Virus record (IMG/VR): IMGVR_UViG_3300041407_000075
Coordinates: 26,163 to 90,162 of that record
DNA length: 64,000 bases
Strand: one strand, 5' to 3'
Origin: a virus
In this document: positions 1 through 9,772 of the stretch, one piece after another
Position numbering within the stretch: position 1 is the stretch's first letter
How the letters are laid out: each line of letters begins with the position of its first letter
Program-made: the position numbers and the translations under genes
Notes under the pieces: generated by a model
The model's input: only the letters and a program-made list of their open reading frames with translations
The model's database searches: none
Told to the model about the DNA's origin: nothing

Positions 1-3
1 GGA

Positions 4-180
4 CTACTCAACTTGCTTCTCCTTACTATTCAAATACTCTTCAACTTCTTTCCAACTAATGTCTGGAAAGTACACGTACATCATGCCAGATTTAGCTAAG
101 TTTGTATAGTCTTCTTTCGATTTTATAATGTCTTGCCAAACAAGCTTTGGTCGTTGTGTTGGTACAACTGCTGTGATCAT
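4..180 (-). CDS. hypothetical protein (58 aa, MITAVVPTQRPK...)
   Basis: Translated by hand; ATG overlaps the dUTPase stop (ATGA); not in the ORF track. Confidence 0.55.
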   Translation of the reverse strand: MITAVVPTQRPKLVWQDIIKSKEDYTNLAKSGMMYVYFPDISWKEVEEYLNSKEKQVE

Positions 181-608
181 TTACCACTACTCCCAAACCC
201 ACCCTCTCCACGGACAGTCTCACTCAAACTATCCACTTCCTCAAACATCACTTTCTGATAAGGAATCACCATCCCTTGTGCAATTCGATCACCAGCGTTA
301 ACCTCAAGTCCCCAACCTTGTTTATCACAAGACAACTTGACTTTAAGCTCTCCTCGGTAGTCTGAATCAATTACACCAACACAATTGCTTAGACGTACAT
401 CATTCTTGAACCCATGACCACTTCGACTAAAGATTAGCATTACATGATTTTCTGGAATTTCAAATGCAAGGCCAGTTGAATAAGTATGTGGTGCATTATA
501 GTCTGTATCACCATTTAGCATTGTGTAGATATCAAAACAACCGCTGCCATCTGTTGCGTAGGTTGGAAGCTTAGCGGATTCGTACAGACGTTTTACTTTG
601 ACTTTCAA
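177..608 (-). CDS. dut: dUTPase (trimeric)
   Basis: Motifs GCFDI, RSG, GVIDSDYRGE, RIAQG and C-terminal RGEGGFGSSG. Confidence 0.96.
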   Translation of the reverse strand: MKVKVKRLYESAKLPTYATDGSGCFDIYTMLNGDTDYNAPHTYSTGLAFEIPENHVMLIFSRSGHGFKNDVRLSNCVGVIDSDYRGELKVKLSCDKQGWGLEVNAGDRIAQGMVIPYQKVMFEEVDSLSETVRGEGGFGSSGK

Positions 609-759
609 AATTTACTCCTTAATAAGACTTTTAATTACATCAGCAGTTTTGTTTAGCATTTCTTTATCTTCTTCAAACTCATCACCATACATATCTTGGT
701 GAAGTTCTAACTGTTGCTCTAGAAAGTCAACAATAAGATACAAATCATCTTGATCATAT

Positions 760-984
760 TTAATCATAAACAGTCTCTCCTGTAACCTTGTTATTAAAAT
801 GACGCCTTACAACATATCCCCTGCCCAAACTCCAAACAGTACAGAGAATAGTTGTGGAAGTGGCAATCCCAACAGGGGTTGTAAAGAACATCAAACAACC
901 CATCGTAATCAACCAACTCCCTACCATGCCTATTGTAGTGTTTGTGCAGGTTTCAATCAAGGATTGTTTCTTAGTTTGTTTCAT
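760..984 (-). CDS. small membrane protein, conserved in phages
   Basis: Two hydrophobic segments; QTKKQSLIE..TN..IG N-terminus; overlaps upstream gene. Confidence 0.6.
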   Translation of the reverse strand: MKQTKKQSLIETCTNTTIGMVGSWLITMGCLMFFTTPVGIATSTTILCTVWSLGRGYVVRRHFNNKVTGETVYD

Positions 985-1520
985 TTAATCTTACCTGTCA
1001 ACACAAGTTCAAGTTCAGCTAATACGTTGAAAGCGGCGTGTGCCAAATGAACAATATTACTCTCTTCGTCAGTCCTGTTAATAGCTGCAACACCTTCAGC
1101 CTTTTGAATAAATCCTTTCACTCGATGGCGACTAGCAGCGGCAGAGAATTCAGTCTCAGGGTTTGGAAGACCTTTCCAGTCATGAGGCTTGTAGCCTTTG
1201 TTCTCTGCTGCCCATGTCATTACTTTTGCAACTTCATTGATAGCGTTAGGGAAGCCTGAGTCGAATAGGTCCATTTGGACTTTACCAACTTTACGTTCTT
1301 CTAGGATTGGTCGGGCAATAGAGTCTTGACTTACGCTCAATAGCTCAAGTTCATTTTCATAAAATGCTTCTGGCCCTGTCTCACCTTCAGCGCATATCTC
1401 GTAGTCACCGAACAGTGTGTTAGAAACTACATAACCAATCCAACCTTCTGCAATAGAGGGTGTGTCACAGATAGCAATTACTTTGTCCCCGATTTTAAAC
1501 TTCTTACTTACAATCGTCAT
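981..1520 (-). CDS. dATP/dGTP diphosphohydrolase domain protein (DUF5664-like)
   Basis: GK..MDL...FPNA..EVAKVMTW....Y..H.WK and DEES...HLAHAA.N signature. Confidence 0.75.
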   Translation of the reverse strand: MTIVSKKFKIGDKVIAICDTPSIAEGWIGYVVSNTLFGDYEICAEGETGPEAFYENELELLSVSQDSIARPILEERKVGKVQMDLFDSGFPNAINEVAKVMTWAAENKGYKPHDWKGLPNPETEFSAAASRHRVKGFIQKAEGVAAINRTDEESNIVHLAHAAFNVLAELELVLTGKIK

Positions 1521-1766
1521 TCGATACAGCCTCCTTCAATCGTTTAATCTGCTCAAGCATATCCGCTTGATGTTGTTTGAGATTATAGATTTCTTTAGTT
1601 AAGCTGTCAATCGAATTCTCCAAGCGATTGACAGTGTTCTTTAGTTTGTAGTCTTCCACTATTTCGCCACCTGCTGCTTCTCTTCCCACATCTTACGACA
1701 TTGTTCACAATCGGCAGTAGGCTTGCGGATAACTTTATATTGTGGGTGTTTTTTACACTTCATAGT

Positions 1767-2477
1767 TTACGCCTCAATAGTAGCCAATAATTCTTTATTT
1801 GGTTCGTCACCGTAGTATTCCTTAGATAACTTGTCGTAAAGTATGGCAGCTTCTACATCGTCTGTAAAGTTTTTATCTACAATTGTTTTACCTTTAAACA
1901 CAAGCTTCATTCTCCACTTCTGTGAGAACTTGTGCCACACAACCCCAATAAATCTTGAAGGGTTAGTTGTATTTTTATAGGTAAGTTTACGTCTTCCGTG
2001 ACTTTGGACACCATTATCAGACCACCTGCAATTATCTTTACAGTAGTGCCCATTTACATCAACACGGTCAATACTCAATCCATTAGGTGCTTCACCCATA
2101 TCCTCGAAAAACCTCTGAAAGTCTTCCCAACCATCTAAGAGTTGAATACCACGACCTCCATAATTCTCCCACTCTTCATTCTCAGGATTGGTGCATCTTT
2201 GTTTCATATTAGCCCAAGAGCCATATGTAGCAGTTCCTGTCATTCCATGAGTTGTGAATCTTTCCTTAACGCCATCAATCATTGCACAACCACAGGAACT
2301 GCTAGTACCATTAGTTAGTCGTCGGCCATCCACCTCCCTGATAACCCCGCACAAGCATTTACAGACATATTTCTTTCTGTTATCCGAGGATTTTTCATCA
2401 GACCTATAAAGTACAGACCACCTTCCAAACTGTTGCCCTGTTAGATCAGTTTTCTTCCCCATAAGATCCTCACACAA
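1767..2477 (-). CDS. HNH homing endonuclease with AP2-like C-terminus
   Basis: DLTGQQFGRW, CKCLCG, SWANMKQRC, YGGRGI, SIDRVDVNGHYCKDNCRW. Confidence 0.9.
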   Translation of the reverse strand: MCEDLMGKKTDLTGQQFGRWSVLYRSDEKSSDNRKKYVCKCLCGVIREVDGRRLTNGTSSSCGCAMIDGVKERFTTHGMTGTATYGSWANMKQRCTNPENEEWENYGGRGIQLLDGWEDFQRFFEDMGEAPNGLSIDRVDVNGHYCKDNCRWSDNGVQSHGRRKLTYKNTTNPSRFIGVVWHKFSQKWRMKLVFKGKTIVDKNFTDDVEAAILYDKLSKEYYGDEPNKELLATIEA

Positions 2478-3387
2478 TGTTTCTCAACAAACTGTCACGC
2501 TTAACTTTAGAGAGCAGATTCACACTACCTCGACGTTGTTGTCCAGTTACAGTGTTACGATAGCGGTCATACTTCCCAAGATTAGAGTAAACAAAACCTT
2601 CTTTCACCCACTCTTCGTTGTTACTAGGTTCATCGTCGTATACGTCAAAGTTAGGAAGCTTTGCGTCCCATGGACTGATAATCAGGTAGAGTTCTTCTAG
2701 GCTTAAGATGTCTAGAATATTGTAATCTTCCATCTCACAGAAAGCTTCCAAATTACCTTTTAAGCACTCACTCCAAAGCTCGAAACCAGAGAATTTTGCA
2801 TGTCCTGATTTCTTATATTTTGTGCAAAGTGTGTCCGTCATATACTGAAGCTTGTTACTTGTAAAACCAAACTGAGACTTTGCAATCTGTAAGACATCGA
2901 TGTGACGATATGCACTTGGAGGCTTCATTCCATGAATAACAAATCTGGCATTTAGCTTTTTCTGATCGAATTTTTTACCATTCTGAGTGATAACAAAATC
3001 ACACTCATCGAGAAGTTTCCAGATACCTTGTAGAAGTTCTTTATCATCCTCTACATTCTTAGCATCACGCTGATCTTGATAGTAAATATCATCCTCACCA
3101 AGAAACTTCGCAGCCCAGCTCAATACGTGCCAGTCAGAATGAATTTGGTTCAGACCAATATTGTTATCCCAAAGCGACCAACAGTAACCAAGCAATGGGG
3201 CCGTTTCAATATCATAAATGAGAACTCGTGGACCTTTCTTTGCAGTCGCCGGTACCGATTTAAACTCTTTACGCAAGTAATCGGAAACAGTTGACTTACT
3301 TACATCAAGAAGTTCTGCAATCTTCCTCCAACTCTTGCCCGTCTTAGCTAGTTCAATTGCCTGTTGTTTCCATTCTACTTCACTCAA
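2470..3387 (-). CDS. DnaQ/RNase H-like 3'-5' exonuclease with N-terminal HTH
   Basis: YDIETAP (ExoI), QNGKKFD (ExoII), YNILD (ExoIII); HTH SWRKIAELLDVSKSTVSDYL. Confidence 0.85.
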   Translation of the reverse strand: MSEVEWKQQAIELAKTGKSWRKIAELLDVSKSTVSDYLRKEFKSVPATAKKGPRVLIYDIETAPLLGYCWSLWDNNIGLNQIHSDWHVLSWAAKFLGEDDIYYQDQRDAKNVEDDKELLQGIWKLLDECDFVITQNGKKFDQKKLNARFVIHGMKPPSAYRHIDVLQIAKSQFGFTSNKLQYMTDTLCTKYKKSGHAKFSGFELWSECLKGNLEAFCEMEDYNILDILSLEELYLIISPWDAKLPNFDVYDDEPSNNEEWVKEGFVYSNLGKYDRYRNTVTGQQRRGSVNLLSKVKRDSLLRNIV

Positions 3388-3926
3388 TTAAATCTCTCCC
3401 TTCAATTCTAAAATAAGCTGATAAAGCTTGTTATTGATGTCAAGCACAGTGTCCAGCGTCTCTTGCTTCTGGTAAACACTGAAAGTATGAAAGTCCCTAC
3501 TTATGATCTCATTCCGCCCGACCCAGAAGTCTAACTTAGAGATAGTGTGCTCTATCGAGTTACCTGCGTCTGGTTTCTTTGGAAACATCTCTATAACTGA
3601 CATATCTAACCTCCGGTTACACACCCAAGACTGAGCACCACACATTAAAAAAGACACTAAACTGGATAAATTCACACCAGAAGATTGCTGTCCAATAATT
3701 ATTCAGAAGCCAATCTTTGATTTCAGGATCAGACGGATAATCAATCGTATAATATTTCATTTGAATTGTTCACTCCAGTCTTCTTCTGATGGGGGTATGT
3801 TGTCAATAAGATAGGATTCTTGTTTCATGGCTAGTTCAAGCAATTTATCAAGCTTAAGATTAAGCGTAGAAATTTGAATAGTTAATTCCTGATAGGATTC
3901 AAGGTTGGACATCTTAGTTTTGTCAG

Positions 3927-4292
3927 TCATTCTACACTCTCCAAAAATTTAACGATTTCATTATGTACTTGATAATCACAACGACCTAGGACAGATCGAA
4001 GAAGGTTAATAGCCTCATCAAGTTTACTGTGAGCTTCATATTTCAACTCTACAACCTCAAAGATATCTTGCTCTGAGAACAGTGGACTGCGCTTACTTGC
4101 CTGACCACCAACCCAACGAGATGGCTCTTCAATATAATCAAGACCATACTTAGTCATTGTAGTGCCAAACATACTCTGGTTAAAAGCATTCTTAGCATGT
4201 CCCGGTTGTTTCCAAGAGGATTTACCAGACCGTGCAATGAACAACTCTTTTGTTTCTTTGTGTTGGATTATGTAGGTTTTATTTGGATTCAT
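3927..4292 (-). CDS. hypothetical protein
   Basis: In-operon ORF overlapping its neighbour. Confidence 0.65.
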   Translation of the reverse strand: MNPNKTYIIQHKETKELFIARSGKSSWKQPGHAKNAFNQSMFGTTMTKYGLDYIEEPSRWVGGQASKRSPLFSEQDIFEVVELKYEAHSKLDEAINLLRSVLGRCDYQVHNEIVKFLESVE

Positions 4293-4806
4293 TCTTCATT
4301 TCCTCCTCAATTTGCTTACGTCTTTTTTGAGCATTGCTTGCTGGCACTATACCATGTTCTTTAAGCCAAGCAACGTCTTTCTTTGCCTTGCAGAGGGAAA
4401 TAATCTCTTTTTGAATGAGTGCGTCTTCGAAACTAATCCCCATCCGTTCAGCATAAGATTTTACTTTGTGCGCTTCCTTATTGACCAAAGCCATTTCATC
4501 TTTATCACAACACAAGTGAAGAATGAAGGGGAGGACATCTTCCCAATCAGTGAATTTTACATTACCAATCTTATGATCCACTTCCAGCAAAGACTTCCCT
4601 GTCCACTCTCCTGTCAACTCACAGTAAGCTCCAGACTTTGCACGTCCTTTGTAATCGTCTGGTGGCTTGGAACACCCTTCATTCTTGAACTGCATCTTTG
4701 GTGGGTAGAACTGCCAGATAGATTTTCTGAGTGCTCCTCTAAGCCAAGTGAAAAAGCTAGACTTTGTAGGCCAAACATCTGGAGATTGTTTCCAAGGTTC
4801 CTTCAT
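4279..4806 (-). CDS. HNH-type endonuclease (replication module)
   Basis: WLRGALR..W, YCELTG, EVDH, H.VKS motifs; next to the 5'-3' exonuclease. Confidence 0.75.
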   Translation of the reverse strand: MKEPWKQSPDVWPTKSSFFTWLRGALRKSIWQFYPPKMQFKNEGCSKPPDDYKGRAKSGAYCELTGEWTGKSLLEVDHKIGNVKFTDWEDVLPFILHLCCDKDEMALVNKEAHKVKSYAERMGISFEDALIQKEIISLCKAKKDVAWLKEHGIVPASNAQKRRKQIEEEMKNESK

Positions 4807-5756
4807 ACTATACCCATATTCTGCATAACTTCACGGATATTTACAAAGTCACCTTCCCAACGTAGCATGTGAATTCCATCCCAATATATTTGTGCAACAC
4901 CAAGGTAATCTTTTGTAACTTCACGTCCACATTGATCAGTGTAAGTTACTTCTTCTGGATACCACTTCTTGTACATGTCATGCACAGCTTGCCAACATTC
5001 TTGTTCTGTCTCCAAATCTTTGAGTAGCTTGTATCCAGACTTTTCCCCAAACTTAATTTTAGCAAGGTAGCAAGGATTCAATCCGTCAATCGCATCACCA
5101 ACAATCCACTGAAGATACTTCCATTTACTACCGTGGCCCCTTACTTTACCTTTGTCATCTAAAACTAGTTCACCAAGACCTTTAACAAACAAGGGTTCTT
5201 GCATCCGATCCCAATTGTACACCCAGCCATCGGTACCCATACTATCTTTATCTGTGCTACAACCAATGATTTTAGTCTTGGTTTTAATCCCATCATGTTG
5301 ACGAATGGAGATTTTATCATCAGCTTCACCAATAACAACTTCAGCCTTATGAACCCCTTTCAAATACTCCATAACTTCCTTAAGTTGGAGGGGTTTTACT
5401 AGTCCTGAGCGGTTTCCCTTGTAGCGTTGAGGTAGGGGTAGCTCATCACGAAAGTTGTCTTTTCCACTAAGATAAATCTCGTACTTATCTGTTCCACAAG
5501 TTTCACAGATACCTTGGATCATCCGCTTGACTGTGTGTAAAGCATAAGAGATATCTTCAGCGTTTTGTGTATCTGTAATCTCAAAGTCTTCTAGTGGAAA
5601 TTTATCACCGATTGTTTCTTTAAGTTCAGTACGGTGCTTGAATACTTTACTGCGCTGACTAGGTTTGTGTAAAGCAATAATTCCACGAGTTTCATTTGCA
5701 GCAGAGGCTTTAAAAGCCAGCAAATCTCCATCGATGATGCATATTGGTTTACTCAT
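4803..5756 (-). CDS. 5'-3' exonuclease (T7 gp6/FEN-like)
   Basis: IIDGDLLAF, NFR..L....YKGNR, EADD, DKD, GDAID motifs. Confidence 0.9.
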   Translation of the reverse strand: MSKPICIIDGDLLAFKASAANETRGIIALHKPSQRSKVFKHRTELKETIGDKFPLEDFEITDTQNAEDISYALHTVKRMIQGICETCGTDKYEIYLSGKDNFRDELPLPQRYKGNRSGLVKPLQLKEVMEYLKGVHKAEVVIGEADDKISIRQHDGIKTKTKIIGCSTDKDSMGTDGWVYNWDRMQEPLFVKGLGELVLDDKGKVRGHGSKWKYLQWIVGDAIDGLNPCYLAKIKFGEKSGYKLLKDLETEQECWQAVHDMYKKWYPEEVTYTDQCGREVTKDYLGVAQIYWDGIHMLRWEGDFVNIREVMQNMGIV

Positions 5757-6068
5757 TTAAGAACCTTCTGCCATTAGATAAACTTTAGGCGTAACACCAA
5801 ACTGCTTCTCAAGTTTAACGACAGCATTACCAATTTGTTCAGGAAGGTTTGCACTGAGTTCTACGGTTGAATACTCACTACTGGATACAACTACTTCACC
5901 AAAGATACAATCATCTGTATCAGCATCATAATATGGACCAGAACGTTCTAGGCCTTCATCTTCTGACCAATCATAGAAGTCTAATTCTGTATCTGTCGAA
6001 TTCATAATATCTTCAGCTTCGCTGTAAGTGTAACCAACAGCAATAACTCCACGATATGAAATACCCAT
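5757..6068 (-). CDS. hypothetical protein
   Basis: AGGAG RBS; abuts the exonuclease gene. Confidence 0.65.
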   Translation of the reverse strand: MGISYRGVIAVGYTYSEAEDIMNSTDTELDFYDWSEDEGLERSGPYYDADTDDCIFGEVVVSSSEYSTVELSANLPEQIGNAVVKLEKQFGVTPKVYLMAEGS

Positions 6069-6092
6069 AATGTTTTCTCCTTATACAAATAA

Positions 6093-6108
6093 GGGCTCTT
6101 TCGAGCCC
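6093..6108 (-). terminator. hairpin, probable intrinsic terminator
   Basis: GGGCTC-TTTC-GAGCCC (GAAA loop on the minus strand) followed by TTATTT. Confidence 0.55.
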
Positions 6109-6117
6109 AAACAAACC

Positions 6118-6393
6118 TTAGTTATATTCACCACTAATCTCTTTATAAAACTCTACAAAGTCTTTAGCCTTAGCAATCTTATCTTCTTCTTTGTCAATGT
6201 TATTACGAACATAAACTTCAGCGGCTTTCAGCGTTGACTTAACTACAGCCTTCTCAATACCAAGTTCATTCTCGTTCTTCTGATAAGTGTACTCTTCAGC
6301 GAGGGAATTCAAGTCTTGCTCAAGGGTTACGATTTCATTGAACAGCGCTTTTGCTCGTTCGTACAGGGATTCTTTAGATAGGGTGATGCTCAT
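6118..6393 (-). CDS. small helical protein, possible dsDNA-binding protein (T4 DsbA/GapR-like)
   Basis: Coiled-coil pattern and position near SSB; weak resemblance only. Confidence 0.45.
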   Translation of the reverse strand: MSITLSKESLYERAKALFNEIVTLEQDLNSLAEEYTYQKNENELGIEKAVVKSTLKAAEVYVRNNIDKEEDKIAKAKDFVEFYKEISGEYN

Positions 6394-6408
6394 ATATATT
6401 TCTCCTAA

Positions 6409-6927
6409 TTAATAAATTTCAATACCAAAGTTAATCTCACCCATCAGTTCAGTATTACCGCTCTCTGTTTTATAAGCATATAGAAAGGGTTTAACTTCGT
6501 CTACACGTTTTCCAATAGTACAGAAGCGAGCTGGTCCACAAGTATGAATTTTACCAATCTTTGCAACTTTATCTGGGCGCACATTCCAGTCATAAGCTTT
6601 AAGCAAACCATCATCCAATACTGGAACTTGCTGAGGAAGTTTTTGCTCAATGTAGCCAGAAACAGTGCGCCAGAACGCAGCAGAAATTGTTTCAAGTTTC
6701 TTTGCTTGTGCTACGTAGTCTGTTGTCGGATAAACATCATCCAAAGGATAGTGCTTTACAAGTTTACGATCCTCAGACCATTCAATATCAAACTTGGACA
6801 ATAGGGCAAGTGCTTTATCTTTCTCTTTACTACCAATTGCATTTAATTCAGAGGTAATGTCTGTGACATTTGGTGTGAACTCTTTTATTTCTAAAATCAT
6901 AAATCTCTCCTTAAATAAGTGACTCAT
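6409..6927 (-). CDS. hypothetical protein (true start probably the ATG at 6900)
   Basis: AGGAGA RBS just upstream of the ATG at 6900. Confidence 0.6.
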   Translation of the reverse strand: MSHLFKERFMILEIKEFTPNVTDITSELNAIGSKEKDKALALLSKFDIEWSEDRKLVKHYPLDDVYPTTDYVAQAKKLETISAAFWRTVSGYIEQKLPQQVPVLDDGLLKAYDWNVRPDKVAKIGKIHTCGPARFCTIGKRVDEVKPFLYAYKTESGNTELMGEINFGIEIY

Positions 6928-6947
6928 CCTTGAGTCATTGTGTTAGA

Positions 6948-7634
6948 TCAGAAAGGGAGCAAATCTTGCTCTTCTTCGTCCAGTTCTACAGGCGCTGGCT
7001 TAGCCTTCGGTGCTGGGGCTTCCTTTTCAGCAGGCTTAGCCTCAACCTTTTTCATTGCATAAGTGCCAAGTACATCATCCACCACATTACCATCACCACC
7101 TTTACTTTCATAAGGAATGTGCTCAACTACTTGTACAGTATCCAGAGTAACAGTGAGCTGACCTTCAGGGTTACGATAGCCGAACAATTTCAAAGTACAA
7201 ACTGAGCCATTACCAATATCTTGAGTAAAGGCTTGACCTTCTTTGTCAATAACATTGACAGTCATTGGGTTGCCCTTCTTGCTGAACTCAGGCTTAGCCA
7301 AACCAAAGCCGTACATCCCCTCTACAACATCGTAGTTAGTCTTACCTTCCTCGACATCCTTGGACAAAGGATATTTAATACGACGCGGTGGCTTAGTGGT
7401 CTTGTCCTTACCAACCAAGGCAAAACCTTTGTTCAACATCACTTCGTCCAGCAATTTATCCTTAGTTGCCTCATCCACGAACGCTGTCAGACTGAACTCT
7501 TTGTCCGTACTCTGGTACTTGCTTTTGGGAGAATGTACAGCAGCATAGAACACAGGAGCATTCAGTACATATACATTAAAAGTTTCCAAAGTACCGGACT
7601 TAGGGAGTTGCTTGACAATTACAGAAGTAGTCAT
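6948..7634 (-). CDS. single-stranded DNA-binding protein (T7 gp2.5-like)
   Basis: IGNGS motif, beta-rich core, acidic tail ending EEEQDLLPF. Confidence 0.8.
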   Translation of the reverse strand: MTTSVIVKQLPKSGTLETFNVYVLNAPVFYAAVHSPKSKYQSTDKEFSLTAFVDEATKDKLLDEVMLNKGFALVGKDKTTKPPRRIKYPLSKDVEEGKTNYDVVEGMYGFGLAKPEFSKKGNPMTVNVIDKEGQAFTQDIGNGSVCTLKLFGYRNPEGQLTVTLDTVQVVEHIPYESKGGDGNVVDDVLGTYAMKKVEAKPAEKEAPAPKAKPAPVELDEEEQDLLPF

Positions 7635-7709
7635 TTAATTTTCTCTATTAAGTTGTGTATAGTTTTGTTCACATTATTGTGAGGGTATATCTGCCTTTCG
7701 ACAAATTCT

Positions 7710-8006
7710 TTACATAAAGCCTACAGCAATCCAGCCAAGGAACAGTGCGAATGCTGGCATCAGTACACCCACTGTAACAGATGTTGCCCAATCATCACTG
7801 CTTTTTTCTTTGCCAATTTCAAGCCCGCGAGTATTGAGGAACAAACCGAACAATACACTAAGACCATAAGCATGTGCAAGTTTAATTGGTACTACACCAA
7901 GAGGCACTACGAACCATGCCCACAGAACATGAATTGCATATCCCCACCAAAGACCCAGAAGTGCCAGCCCAACTACAGCGCCTAGAACCAAAAGAATTGC
8001 TTTCAT
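7710..8006 (-). CDS. membrane protein
   Basis: Three hydrophobic segments; AGGAGA RBS. Confidence 0.7.
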   Translation of the reverse strand: MKAILLVLGAVVGLALLGLWWGYAIHVLWAWFVVPLGVVPIKLAHAYGLSVLFGLFLNTRGLEIGKEKSSDDWATSVTVGVLMPAFALFLGWIAVGFM

Positions 8007-8016
8007 TTATTTCTCC

Positions 8017-8283
8017 TTAATGTTTAGTTGGTTCAGTTTTCTTCTTGGCTACTTTAATCTCTGTCACATTCCCAGCTTCTTCATTCTCAAAAGGACTTTC
8101 ACCCGAAAGATGATCACCAAACAACTGACTATCAACAAAGCTCTTTACAGCCTGATTCATAGCATCTCGTTTAGATTGCTCCCACTGAAAGAAATCGGCT
8201 GCATCTGAGAAGACATATTCTACAGTGGAAATTGATGCATCACCAACTTTTTCTACAGAATCTTTTAATGTTACGCTGCCCAT
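8017..8283 (-). CDS. hypothetical protein
   Basis: In-operon ORF. Confidence 0.6.
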   Translation of the reverse strand: MGSVTLKDSVEKVGDASISTVEYVFSDAADFFQWEQSKRDAMNQAVKSFVDSQLFGDHLSGESPFENEEAGNVTEIKVAKKKTEPTKH

Positions 8284-8464
8284 TATCGCACCTGTTTGCT
8301 AGCAATACGGGCGAACTCTTCTTGATAAATTTTCACAGATTTATTCCCGTTAGCTTTCAAGTCACGAAGATATGAGCGGGCCTGTTCGCGTGTTTCTACT
8401 TCTGCATAGATAGTGGTGTCATCTGCTACGGTGTATTGGATCTTGGTTTGCATTTTGTTTCTCC

Positions 8465-8689
8465 TCAGAATGTAGTTGGTTGTGCAACAGAACGAATGGC
8501 AGCCATGAAGCCTTTTTGCAAATCAGTCTTAGCAATTGCTACCCAACGCTGATCCAGTTGACTGTTAGCCTCAAGTTCTTCAATCAGGAACCCAATACGC
8601 TCAGCTTCTTTCTTTACAGCATTCATTGCATTAATTTCTTCTTGACTAAGATCACGATAACCTTTGATCAATGTGTGTTGGTCTTTCAT
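8465..8689 (-). CDS. acb2: Acb2-family cyclic-nucleotide sponge (anti-CBASS)
   Basis: MKDQH..IKGYRDLSQEEI..MN and RWVAIAKTDLQKGFMAAIRSVAQP..F match both conserved halves of Acb2 as I recall them. Confidence 0.9.
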   Translation of the reverse strand: MKDQHTLIKGYRDLSQEEINAMNAVKKEAERIGFLIEELEANSQLDQRWVAIAKTDLQKGFMAAIRSVAQPTTF

Positions 8690-8772
8690 CTCTTCTCTCC
8701 TTTACAATTTAATTTGTACTACCATTCTCGCATGATTTATTGGGTTTGTACAGCGGTATTTTCAGTTTCTTT

Positions 8773-9267
8773 TCAGCCTACAGAATCAATTAAAGCCTTT
8801 GCTTCTTGGACAAAATATCTGTAGTCCAAATCCCAAGAAAAGTCCTTGATGTCGTTACATGGTTTCACATCCCAACTGGTGTCAATACCCATGCGTCTCC
8901 ATTCACCACCTTCAGCCAATGGTGGCATCACCTTGATAAGTTTACCACCTTCTTTCGAAGGATAGTAGCGGCAAATGTTTTGTAGCTCAATTTCTTCGCC
9001 ATCCCCCATAACCATCAAAAGCTTACTACTTCTTGGTACTTTTGTCCTTAAACAAAAGTCATATTTGTCACGGTGTAGTCGAATAAAGTCTTCGTAGTCA
9101 CCCATCTCCAAAAGATGATAGAGTGCAGCCATTGACACAACCATGGATGACTGATTTTTTTGCCAACCGATTTTATCAAATGGCATTACTTCATATGCAC
9201 CTTTTGTTTTTACTTTACCGGATGAAATCAAATCCCGGATGATTTTTACTTCGTCTTCGTGGTCCAC
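8773..9267 (-). CDS. family B DNA polymerase, C-terminal (thumb) fragment
   Basis: GKVKTKGAYE (KxKG motif), W.KN.S; own GGAG RBS and GTG start inside the end of the HNH gene. Confidence 0.8.
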   Translation of the reverse strand: MDHEDEVKIIRDLISSGKVKTKGAYEVMPFDKIGWQKNQSSMVVSMAALYHLLEMGDYEDFIRLHRDKYDFCLRTKVPRSSKLLMVMGDGEEIELQNICRYYPSKEGGKLIKVMPPLAEGGEWRRMGIDTSWDVKPCNDIKDFSWDLDYRYFVQEAKALIDSVG

Positions 9268-9770
9268 GAATCTCTTTCTCCATGGTCGTCGTCAAAATTA
9301 TACTTTTCGTTAGCACTTTTCCTAGCTGCGGCTGCCAATTCTACAGTATCAAAAGTACCAAGTCCAATCAATTTACCATTAATTTTGATTCGTGCTCTGT
9401 ACCTACCACTACTCGACAAGTATACACCGTTGTACCCGGTTGTGTTATTTTCATTCTTCCCTCTATTTCTCATATTCTCTAGTGGTGTGGACAACCTAAG
9501 ATTTTCAATTCTATTGTCTTGTTTATCACCATTAATGTGGTCAATACTTGGATTAGGGTACTCACCATGTGTAATATACCAAGCTAGTTTATGAGCTGAA
9601 TACTTCTCCTCACCTACTGAAATTTCTAGGTAACCCCTTGAACTAGCATTACCTATTGTTTCACCCAATCTCCACATATGTGCAGGATGATCATTGAGAA
9701 TCTTAGTTCTTGTGAATTCACCTGTCAATGGGTCATAACTTACATAATTAATAAATTCTTCTAATTTCAC
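9246..9770 (-). mobile_element. HNH-AP2 homing endonuclease inserted in the DNA polymerase gene
   Basis: YDPLTGEF, AHKLAW, IDHINGDKQDNRIENLR, NTTGYNGV, LGTF. Confidence 0.92.
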
Positions 9771-9772
9771 TT

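Noticed and set aside
4312-4872. Long opposite-strand ORFs (also 12473-13072, 33608-34204, 48404-48943, 63475-63971)
   Set aside because: They overlap well-supported genes on the other strand, lack RBSs and have no recognisable motifs
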